DNA of 24,876 nucleotides from Vulcanimicrobiota bacterium (GTDB lineage: Bacteria; Vulcanimicrobiota; Vulcanimicrobiia; Vulcanimicrobiales; Vulcanimicrobiaceae): assembly GCA_019245995.1 (NCBI GenBank), contig JAFAQW010000230.1, positions 1-24,876 of the forward strand. Direction: 5' to 3'. Made by a program: the position numbers and the translations under genes. Position 1 is the stretch's first letter, and every line of letters begins with the position of its first letter. Below are positions 7,781 to 15,443 of this stretch, piece by piece. The notes beneath the pieces were generated by a model, which worked only from the letters and a program-made list of their open reading frames with translations, made no database searches and had not been told where the DNA came from.

Positions 7781-9151
7781 ATGCTCGTGCTCGTGACGAT
7801 CCTCTTGCCGCTCGCGGCGGGCGCCATGCTGTTTGCGCTGCCGCGCGAGGATCGCTCCGTCACTCGCACGGTCGGCGTCGCCGTGGCGGTCGTCGTCGTC
7901 GTGACGCTCGTTCTCGCCGGCACGAGCGAGTGGAGTTTTCGCTGGCTGTCGCGTCCGTTTCAAGCGGCGTTTCACTTCGGCGCAACCCCGACCTCGTTCT
8001 GGATCGCACTGCTGCTGACGATGGTGAGTGCCTGTGCGATCGCCGCGTCGCGGGTCGCGCGGCTGCGCGACTTCGTCGCGCTCATGCTGCTGCTCGAAGG
8101 CACGATGCTGGGTCTCTTTTTGGCGCGCGACCTGCTGCTGTTCGCGCTTTTTTGGGACCTGATGCTCGTGCCGGTCTTCTTTGGGTTGGCCGGCTGGGGC
8201 GAACATCCGGCGACGGCGTGGCGCTACTTCATCTATAACTTCGCCGGCGGCCTCACGCTGCTTCTCGCAACGGCGGCCTTCGGCGTGATATACGGATCGA
8301 CCGATGTGATTGGGCGCGCCGTTACCCCGCTCGTGGGAGCCTGGGCGCCGTGGATCTACGCCGGCTTCGCCTTCGCATTTTTGGTGAAGACGCCGGTATG
8401 GCCGCTGCACACGTGGATGCCCCCGACCTACAGCGGTCTGCCGCCTCCGATGGTCGCCGTCGTATCTGCCGTTCAATCCAAGGCTGGACTGTACGGCTTT
8501 CTGGCAATCGGTTTGGCGCTGTTACCGCATGCGGTTCACGACTACGCCACGCCCCTGATGGCGCTCGGGGCGGTTTCGCTGCTCTACGGTGCCGTGATCG
8601 CGCTCGTGCAAAACGACTCGAAGCGGATCGTCGCGTATTCCTCGCTCTCGCATCTGGGCTTGGTGGCGATCGCGATCGGCTCCGGAAATGCTCTCGCGCT
8701 GCGCGGCGCGCTCGTCTATATCATCGCGCACGGTCTTTTTTCGGCGGCGCTGTTTCTGCTGCTCGGCTACGTGGAAGAACGCGAGGACACGCGGCTGCTG
8801 GCACGCCTGGGCGGCATCGGCTGGAAGAATCCGAAACTCGCCGGGGCGCTGTGCATCGCCGCGCTGGCGGCGCTCGGCCTTCCGGGCCTCGCCGGCTTTG
8901 CGGGCGAGTTGCTCGTGCTGATCGGCGTCTATCAGGCCGGTTACGTTTGGCCGGTCATCGTGGCGCTCGTTGCGATCGTGCTGGCATCGGCCTATCTCTT
9001 GCGACTCTATCAGGACCTGATGAACGGACCAGAAGAGGCGGACGTGCCGGTTCGCTCCGACCTTAACTGGTACGAGGCCCTCACGGTGGCGCCGCTGCTT
9101 GCCGCGCTCGTCATCGTCGGCGTCTACCCTGCGGCGTTGTGGCACCGATGA
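7781..9151 (+). CDS. nuoM: NADH-quinone oxidoreductase subunit M (antiporter-like, 456 aa)
   Basis: FLVKTPVWPLHTW, KRIVAYSSLSHLG, IAHGL, GLPGLAGFAGE; position between nuoL and nuoN. Confidence 0.94.
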   Translation: MLVLVTILLPLAAGAMLFALPREDRSVTRTVGVAVAVVVVVTLVLAGTSEWSFRWLSRPFQAAFHFGATPTSFWIALLLTMVSACAIAASRVARLRDFVALMLLLEGTMLGLFLARDLLLFALFWDLMLVPVFFGLAGWGEHPATAWRYFIYNFAGGLTLLLATAAFGVIYGSTDVIGRAVTPLVGAWAPWIYAGFAFAFLVKTPVWPLHTWMPPTYSGLPPPMVAVVSAVQSKAGLYGFLAIGLALLPHAVHDYATPLMALGAVSLLYGAVIALVQNDSKRIVAYSSLSHLGLVAIAIGSGNALALRGALVYIIAHGLFSAALFLLLGYVEEREDTRLLARLGGIGWKNPKLAGALCIAALAALGLPGLAGFAGELLVLIGVYQAGYVWPVIVALVAIVLASAYLLRLYQDLMNGPEEADVPVRSDLNWYEALTVAPLLAALVIVGVYPAALWHR

Positions 9152-10575
9152 CGCTGCCGTTTACGTCGGCGGATTGGTGGGCTGTCGCTCCCGTGAGCGT
9201 CGTGGCCGTTGCGGCGCTGCTGGTCTTGGTCGCCGACATCTTTTCGGGGCGGCGCGAACAGCGCTACCTATCGGTCTTCATCGCTTTGGGGGGTTTGATC
9301 GTTGCCGGCGTCGTTGCGGGGCGGCAGTTCGGCCATAACTACAACGCTTTCTTCGGCGGGTTTCTCGCCGGCGGGTTCGCGACCGTTTTTCAGGAGATCG
9401 TTCTCATCGCGGCGGCCGGCTCGGTGATACTGTATGCGGCGATGGGTCCCGTCGCGCGCGTTGCGGGCAGCATCGCGATCATGCTCTGGAGCGCGTGCGG
9501 CGCGATGCTGATGGCCGGCGCCGCGAACCTCATCATGATTTTCTTGGGTTTGGAACTGCTGTCGCTCGGACTGTACGCGCTCTGCGCGACGGACGACCGC
9601 ACGTCGTCGCGCGAGTCGGCGCTGAAGTATCTGATTCTCAGCTCCACCGCGACCGCGTTTCTGCTGTTCGGGGCGGCGCTGCTCTTCGGCGCCACCGGCA
9701 GCGTGCAGCTTGCAGACCTTGCCAATCCGTCGCAGGTTTCCAATCCGCTTTTTTGGAGCGGCGCCGGCATGTTCTTGATCGGCCTGGTCTTTAAGTTGAG
9801 CCTGGTGCCGTTCCACACGTGGACGCCCGACGTTTTCGAGGGCGCCCCGTTGCCGGTCACCGCCTTCATGAGCGTCGCGACGAAGGCCGCCACGATCGCG
9901 GTATTCGCGCGCTTCATCTATGCGGCCGTGCCCGCGAGCGTGCAGGAGCGCCTGTTGCTTCCGGTCTGGATCGTGGCCGGCATTTCCATGATCGCCGGCA
10001 ACGTCGGCATGCTGGCCCAGCGCAACCTGAAGCGGTTGCTGGGATATTCCGGCATCGCACAAGTCGGGTACATTTTGGTCGCGCTGGCGGGAGGGACGCC
10101 GCTCGGCCTGCGCTACGCCCTCTATTACCTAACGGCGTATGCGTTGATGAACCTCGGCGCGTTCGCCGTCGCCGCGGCGATCTCACGCGATGCCGAGGAA
10201 GGTGCGCATCTGCATACCTATCAGGGCCTCGCTCGGCAACACCCGTGGTTGGCAGCCGCCATGACGATTCTGTTGCTGGCGCTCGCGGGGCTCCCGCCGA
10301 CGGCCGGCTTCCTCGGAAAGATCTTGATCTTGGCCTCCAGCGTTAGCGCCGGCTTTGTGTGGCTGGCCGCGCTCTTGATCGTCGGAACCGCGATATCGCT
10401 GTACGCCTATGCCCAGGTCATTCGAGCAATGTACGCCGCCGCGAAAGGGCAACCGAGTCAGGCACGCCCCTTCGTGCCCCTCGCATGCGTGAGCGCCGGG
10501 ATTTGCGCCGCGGCGGTGGTGGTGATGACGTTCTATCCCCTCACCCCGAGCAACGTGCTGCCGCTCGCGCACTAA
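9148..10575 (+). CDS. nuoN: NADH-quinone oxidoreductase subunit N (antiporter-like)
   Basis: FLGLELLSL, ESALKYLIL, FKLSLVPFHTWTPDVFEGAP, KRLLGYSGIAQ, GLPPTAGFLGK. ATG 9148 forms an ATGA overlap with the nuoM stop. Confidence 0.95.
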   Translation: MTLPFTSADWWAVAPVSVVAVAALLVLVADIFSGRREQRYLSVFIALGGLIVAGVVAGRQFGHNYNAFFGGFLAGGFATVFQEIVLIAAAGSVILYAAMGPVARVAGSIAIMLWSACGAMLMAGAANLIMIFLGLELLSLGLYALCATDDRTSSRESALKYLILSSTATAFLLFGAALLFGATGSVQLADLANPSQVSNPLFWSGAGMFLIGLVFKLSLVPFHTWTPDVFEGAPLPVTAFMSVATKAATIAVFARFIYAAVPASVQERLLLPVWIVAGISMIAGNVGMLAQRNLKRLLGYSGIAQVGYILVALAGGTPLGLRYALYYLTAYALMNLGAFAVAAAISRDAEEGAHLHTYQGLARQHPWLAAAMTILLLALAGLPPTAGFLGKILILASSVSAGFVWLAALLIVGTAISLYAYAQVIRAMYAAAKGQPSQARPFVPLACVSAGICAAAVVVMTFYPLTPSNVLPLAH

Positions 10576-10619
10576 GCCGGCGGCTCGGCCGGTCGTCACG
10601 CTTGGGGGCGGCAATGCGC

Positions 10620-10636
10620 TATACTCCAGGGAGAGG
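10620..10636 (+). promoter_or_regulatory. Candidate -10 element (TATACT, 10620-10625) and ribosome-binding site (AGGGAGAGG, 10628-10636) for the TPR gene
   Basis: Near-consensus -10 hexamer in the 69-nt gap after nuoN, and a purine-rich SD 8 nt before ATG 10645. No recognisable -35 at 17-bp spacing. Confidence 0.4.
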
Positions 10637-10644
10637 TACCTGCG

Positions 10645-11838
10645 ATGAAACGATATCGGTTGCGCGCATTCGCACTCGCGGCGTTGCTCGTGCCGTGCCT
10701 TGGCGGAAACGCGGTGGCGCAAACCAGCACCATTATCCTGCCCGTGGACGCTCACGCGAAGGCCGACCAGCAGGCCGCGATCATGTACGCGCGCCAGCTG
10801 ATCGCGGCGGGCGACCTCGATCGAGCGGTGAAAGGGCTCGAAGATTTCGTTGCGTCGCATCCGTCCGCGGCCGACGCGGCGCGCTTCCTCGGCGACCTCT
10901 ATTACCGTCAGGGACGCTTCGATAAGGCCGCGGCGGTTTACCAAGAGCTGATCGCGCGCGATGCAAAGGATAAAGAATCGCACAATCGGCTCGGCGTGGT
11001 TTATGCGGCGCAAAACCGCGTCGATCAGGCGATCTCCGAGTTCGAGAGCGCGCTCCCCGGAACCGACTCCATCAAGGACTTGGTCTTCTTGCACCGGCGT
11101 AAGGGCGACCTCAATCAATACGAGGCGCAGATGATCAAGCGCGCCAACGACAATCCCACCGACGCTGACGCGCAGGAAGAGTTAGGCGAAATCTTCGCGA
11201 CGATGCATCAGCCCAACGCTGCGATCCGCTATTTTCGCCGCGCCCTCGACACCGATCCCAAGTCAATCGCCGGGCTCAACGGAACGGCGATGGCGTACCT
11301 GGACTTGCAGCAACACGCGACCGCCGAGGAGTACTTGCGCAGCTGTCTGGCAATCGATCCGTTCAACTACGCCTGCATCGACAACTTGGGCGTCGCCGAG
11401 ATTCAGGCCGGCGAGCCGGGCAACGCGCTCGAGTTGTTCCGCAAAGCTCATCGCCTGGAGCCGGAACGCCCCGAGGCAATCGTCAACTTCGGCTATCTCG
11501 CCGATGCGCGCGGTGACTGGAAACGGGCGGTGACGTATTACGTGCAAGCAATGGCCGTGAATCCGTACGTGCCGGAATCGTACGTCAACCTTGGAATCGA
11601 CTACGAGCACAATGGCCTCTACCAGCTCGCGCAAGCCGCGTTGCTCAAGGGCGTCGCCGCCGTTCCGTACGATGGACGCGTGCGCTATCTGCTGGCTCGC
11701 GCCTATGCCGCCCAGGGACAGAAGGCGCTGGCGATCGAGCAACTGCGTGCCGCGCAGGCGTCGCTCGATCCCGAGGTCGCACAGATCGCGAAGGAGGAGT
11801 CGGCGCGCCTCGCCGGCGCCTCCGCTTCCGGGCCTTAG
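10645..11838 (+). CDS. Secreted tetratricopeptide-repeat (TPR) protein
   Basis: N-terminal signal peptide (MKRYRLR, hydrophobic stretch, AVA|Q) followed by tandem ~34-aa helical repeats with TPR-like patterns (LGDLYYRQGRFDKA, LGVVYAAQNRVDQA, LGIDYEHNGLYQLA). Confidence 0.88.
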   Translation: MKRYRLRAFALAALLVPCLGGNAVAQTSTIILPVDAHAKADQQAAIMYARQLIAAGDLDRAVKGLEDFVASHPSAADAARFLGDLYYRQGRFDKAAAVYQELIARDAKDKESHNRLGVVYAAQNRVDQAISEFESALPGTDSIKDLVFLHRRKGDLNQYEAQMIKRANDNPTDADAQEELGEIFATMHQPNAAIRYFRRALDTDPKSIAGLNGTAMAYLDLQQHATAEEYLRSCLAIDPFNYACIDNLGVAEIQAGEPGNALELFRKAHRLEPERPEAIVNFGYLADARGDWKRAVTYYVQAMAVNPYVPESYVNLGIDYEHNGLYQLAQAALLKGVAAVPYDGRVRYLLARAYAAQGQKALAIEQLRAAQASLDPEVAQIAKEESARLAGASASGP

Positions 11839-12215
11839 TCGCGAGCGATTAAGTCGATCTCGACGCGGGCGCCGCGGGGCAGACCCGCAACCGCAACGGT
11901 GGACCGCGCCGGTTTCGTCAATCCGAAAAAGCGTTCGTACACGCCGTTCACCGCCGGAAAATCGCGCATATCCACCAAGAAGATCGTCGTCTTCACCACG
12001 TTGGCGTATTCGTAACCCGCGGCGCACAGGACTGCGCCCAAATTTTCAATGACGCGTTCCGTTTGCTGCGCCGCATCGCCCTCCACCAATTCGCCGGTCT
12101 GGGGATCGAGTGCAATTTGGCCGCTGCAATACAGTTCGTGCCCGCACACGACGGCCTGACTGTAGGGACCGATCGGGGCGGGGGCGTGCGGCGTGCGCAC
12201 GTGCTCCAGCTTCAC
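11835..12215 (-). CDS. ridA: RidA-family reactive enamine/imine deaminase (YjgF/YER057c/UK114)
   Basis: APAPIGPYSQA, SGQI, VVKTTIFL, PARSTVAVAGLPRGARVEID with the catalytic Arg. GTG 12215, 4 nt after the AKR stop, preferred over 12245. Confidence 0.92.
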   Translation of the reverse strand: MKLEHVRTPHAPAPIGPYSQAVVCGHELYCSGQIALDPQTGELVEGDAAQQTERVIENLGAVLCAAGYEYANVVKTTIFLVDMRDFPAVNGVYERFFGLTKPARSTVAVAGLPRGARVEIDLIARD

Positions 12216-12219
12216 GCGT

Positions 12220-13263
12220 TCATTGCGCCAGGGCCGCTTCGGCACTCTCGCGATTCATAGTGCCTTTGAATGCCGGCGGTGCTTCCTCGATGCCGAAGTT
12301 GCGCGCCGAGAGCGCGGAGATTCGCTCGAGCTCGTCTTTGGTCAGGGCGGGGCTCTCCGGTGCGGCCGCAAACTCCGCGAGCTGCGCCGCGTCGTAAATA
12401 TTCGGCAGCACCGTCATCACGCGGGGCTCGGCGAGCAGCCACTGGAGGGCTGCCTGGCCCAAAGTTCGGTCGTCGCGTTCCAAAAAGCGCAGCTGCTCCA
12501 CTTTTTCCACGCCGTTGATGAGCCACTGGCGTGGGCGGTGCCGCCGGTGATCGTTTGGCGGAAACGTCGTTTGCGCGGTGTAGCGGCCCTCGAGCAGTCC
12601 GCTCGAATGCGGCACGCGAATCATGTAGCCCGTCGATGCGCCGGCATCGTAGGCGGCGCGAATCTGTTCGTTTCCCGGATACTGCTCGAGCATGTTCCAA
12701 ATGATCTGAAGGCTGGGAACGTTGCGGCGCCGCACCGCGTCGACTCCTTCGTAGAGCCACCCGATGGCGGGTCCCAGCGCGACGCCATAGAGTCGAATCT
12801 TCCCCTCGTGCTTGAGATTCTCGAGGAGCTCCCACAGCGCGTCGTCTTCGATTTGGCTCATGCGAGCGTTGTGCATCTGATAGATGTCGACGTACTCGGT
12901 GCGTAGCCGGCGTAGCGACGCTTCAAGGGCCCGGCGCACGAACGCGGTCGAGAAGTTCTGCGGCAGCTCGGACTGACCGCGTGCGCGCTCGCCGGCATTG
13001 GAGAAATCGTATCCGAATTTCGTCGCATAGACGACGCTCGAGCGCCGATCCGAAAATGCCGCCGCCAGTTGGTCCTCGCTGCGTCCGCTGCCGTAGGTAT
13101 CGGCGGCGTCGTAGAGGGTGATGCCGAGATCGTACGCTCGATGAAGCAGCGCGACCGCTTCCTCTTCCGTGTTCTCGCCCCACCAGCCGGTCGACGTGGT
13201 CCATAGTCCGAAGCCGACCTCGCTAACGGTTACGTCGCTGTTCGGATAGCTGCGAAACTTCAT
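12220..13263 (-). CDS. Aldo/keto reductase family oxidoreductase (347 aa)
   Basis: VSEVGFG, DAADTYGSGRSE (Asp/Tyr), ATKFG (Lys), SLRRLRTEYVDIYQMHN (His). ATG 13263 has GGAGAAGG upstream. Confidence 0.92.
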   Translation of the reverse strand: MKFRSYPNSDVTVSEVGFGLWTTSTGWWGENTEEEAVALLHRAYDLGITLYDAADTYGSGRSEDQLAAAFSDRRSSVVYATKFGYDFSNAGERARGQSELPQNFSTAFVRRALEASLRRLRTEYVDIYQMHNARMSQIEDDALWELLENLKHEGKIRLYGVALGPAIGWLYEGVDAVRRRNVPSLQIIWNMLEQYPGNEQIRAAYDAGASTGYMIRVPHSSGLLEGRYTAQTTFPPNDHRRHRPRQWLINGVEKVEQLRFLERDDRTLGQAALQWLLAEPRVMTVLPNIYDAAQLAEFAAAPESPALTKDELERISALSARNFGIEEAPPAFKGTMNRESAEAALAQ

Positions 13264-13270
13264 ACCGGGG

Positions 13271-13299
13271 CCTTCTCCACCCAAAGCGCCAACACTCTA
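13271..13299 (-). promoter_or_regulatory. Candidate -10 (TAGAGT, 13299-13294) and SD (GGAGAAGG, 13278-13271) for the AKR-ridA unit, inside a 41-nt divergent gap
   Basis: TAnnnT hexamer with plausible spacing to the SD and ATG 13263; no -35 recognised. Confidence 0.35.
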
Positions 13300-13304
13300 C
13301 CGCG

Positions 13305-14729
13305 ATGAAGAGCACTGCCGTGCCGGGCGTTGATTTCGCGCGTGTCGGGGGATGGATCGAGCGCTACTTCGAGCGGCCCGACGCCTATCGAGTGGCCCCC
13401 GCGGTCGAGCCGGGGGACGTCGTGCGCGCCTTACCTGCGTCCGCGCCGGAAAATGCCGAGACGTTCGACGAAATCATGTCGGACTTCGAGCGCATCATCG
13501 TTGCCGGTTCGACGCTCTGGAATCACCCTCGCTTCTTCGCGTACTTCGCGACCAGCGCCGCGCCGGCCGCCGTCGCGGCGGAAGCGTTGGCGGCCACGCT
13601 CGATGTCAAGGCAATGCTTTGGCGCACGTCGCCCGCGGCCACGGAATTAGAAGAAGTCGTGATGCGATGGCTCGGCGGCCTCTTGGGTCTGCCGAGGGAT
13701 TGGACCGGCATCATCTACGACACGGCGTCGATCGCGGGATTTACCGCGCTGGCGGCGGCTCGCGAATCGATGGGCTTCGAAATCCGCGAGGCCGGCATGG
13801 CAGGACGCGATCTACCGGCGTTGCGCGTGTACGTGACCGATGAAACGCACTCGCACGTCGAAAAGGCCGCGATCGCGCTCGGCATCGGGCAGCGCAACGT
13901 CGTGCGGATTCCATGCGACGGGGCGTTTCGCATGAACGCACGCGGCTTGCGCGATGCCGTCGAGCGCGACGGCGGCGCCGGCCTCCGCCCGATGGCGATC
14001 GTGGCGACGGTCGGAACGACGTCGACGACGTCGATAGATCCCCTGCGCGAAATTGCGGAGATCGCGCGAGCGTACGACATTTGGTTGCACGTCGACGCCG
14101 CGTATGCGGGCGTGGCGGCGATCCTGCCTGAATGCCGGCACATGTTCGACGGAATCGAGGCTGCCGACTCGCTCGTGGTCAATCCGCACAAGTGGATGTT
14201 CGTCCCGATGGACTGTTCGGCGCTCTTCGTCAAAGACGCATCGTTGCTTCGCCGGACGTTCGGTCTCGTGCCCGAATATTTGACCACACCGCAAGACGAT
14301 GCCGTCAACTATATGGATTACGGGTTGCAGTTGGGCCGGCGCTTTCGTTCGCTCAAACTGTGGTTCGTTCTTCGGCACCTCGGCGCCGAAGGAATACGCG
14401 CGCAGCTGCGGCGACACATCGCGCTGGCGCGCGAGTTTGCCTCCTGGGTCCAGGCGACGCCGGACTGGGAGGTCTTGGCGCCGCACCCGTTCTCGGTGGT
14501 CTGCTTCCGTTACGCGCCCTCCGGCCTGGATGACGCGGAGCTCGAGCGGTTGAATTCCGGGATCATGGACGCTGTAAACGCAACGGGCGAAGTCTTTATT
14601 TCCCATACGAAGGTTGCCGGCAAGTACGCGATTCGCCTGGCAATCGGCAACATTCGCACCGAACGCAGCGACGTCGAAGCGGCCTGGCATCTCTTGCGTA
14701 GAGCTGCGGTGGAAGCGCGCCCATCGTGA
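13305..14729 (+). CDS. ddc: Aromatic-L-amino-acid decarboxylase (group II PLP decarboxylase, DDC/TDC-like)
   Basis: WNHPRFFAYF, SPAATELE, THSHVEKAA, VGTTSTTSIDP, LHVDAAYAG, NPHKWM (PLP lysine), PEYL loop, LGRRFRSLKLW. Confidence 0.9.
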   Translation: MKSTAVPGVDFARVGGWIERYFERPDAYRVAPAVEPGDVVRALPASAPENAETFDEIMSDFERIIVAGSTLWNHPRFFAYFATSAAPAAVAAEALAATLDVKAMLWRTSPAATELEEVVMRWLGGLLGLPRDWTGIIYDTASIAGFTALAAARESMGFEIREAGMAGRDLPALRVYVTDETHSHVEKAAIALGIGQRNVVRIPCDGAFRMNARGLRDAVERDGGAGLRPMAIVATVGTTSTTSIDPLREIAEIARAYDIWLHVDAAYAGVAAILPECRHMFDGIEAADSLVVNPHKWMFVPMDCSALFVKDASLLRRTFGLVPEYLTTPQDDAVNYMDYGLQLGRRFRSLKLWFVLRHLGAEGIRAQLRRHIALAREFASWVQATPDWEVLAPHPFSVVCFRYAPSGLDDAELERLNSGIMDAVNATGEVFISHTKVAGKYAIRLAIGNIRTERSDVEAAWHLLRRAAVEARPS

Positions 14730-15394
14730 GCCGCGAGCTTCGCATCCATTCCATTCCGTCCCGCGCGGAGCAAATACGCACCGTCGTCGAGATCGTCGCT
14801 ATTTTGGCGGCGGGCCTGTGGGCGCTCTACACGTTCGTCTACGAGCAACGCATCAAGCCGCTCGCCGAGGCACCGTCCTTTTCGATCGCGATCCGCGTCG
14901 AGCAGAACCCAGCGAGCGGCGGCGTGGTTTTTCTGACGATTCGCAAGCGAATCGAAAACACCGGCAACGTTCCGATCGACGTAGCGGCCGAAGCGCTCAG
15001 CGTTTACGGGGAGACGATCGCGAAACGCAGCGCCCGAAAGACGCGACGCGAAAGCGGCACCCGTGCCGAGGTAACGTCCGACGTCCCGCGCGTGCCGCGC
15101 GCGCTGCTCTTTTCGATTGCGAAGCTACGCAACGGAGCCGTCGGCGGCAATCCAAACACAGCGTTCTATGTGCCGCCGCACAGCGCCAACGAGGTGGCGT
15201 ATTCGGTTGCCGTCCCTGCCAGACTCTATCCGGTCGTGCTGGTAACTCGCAAGGACTATATCGCCAAGGCTCCCATCATGCCAAAGCTTGCGGTACGGAT
15301 CGTGCGAACGGCGCGTGGCGCGTACGACTTGCAATCGAAGGACTTGAACGGCGAGTATGACGACGAAGACGAATACCCGGTGCGGCCACAGTAA
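14726..15394 (+). CDS. Hypothetical protein with one N-terminal TM helix and a beta-rich, probably extracytoplasmic domain
   Basis: GTGA overlap with the decarboxylase stop; hydrophobic segment VVEIVAILAAGLWALYTFVY, then alternating beta-strand-like segments; fills the gap exactly. Confidence 0.78.
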   Translation: MSRELRIHSIPSRAEQIRTVVEIVAILAAGLWALYTFVYEQRIKPLAEAPSFSIAIRVEQNPASGGVVFLTIRKRIENTGNVPIDVAAEALSVYGETIAKRSARKTRRESGTRAEVTSDVPRVPRALLFSIAKLRNGAVGGNPNTAFYVPPHSANEVAYSVAVPARLYPVVLVTRKDYIAKAPIMPKLAVRIVRTARGAYDLQSKDLNGEYDDEDEYPVRPQ

Positions 15395-15443
15395 AGCTGA
15401 AGCGCGAGAGGATGAGAGCCGCCCCTGCGGTGTAAGGTCCCGC

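Noticed and set aside
7307-8476. 389-aa antisense ORF over nuoL/nuoM, and similar antisense ORFs over nuoM, nuoN and the TPR gene
   Set aside because: Shadow ORFs expected from GC-rich codon bias; no domains, no RBS, fully contained in conserved genes.
10576-10595. GC-rich inverted repeat after nuoN (GCCGG…CCGGT) as a possible terminator
   Set aside because: Stem is only 4-5 bp and there is no U-tract.
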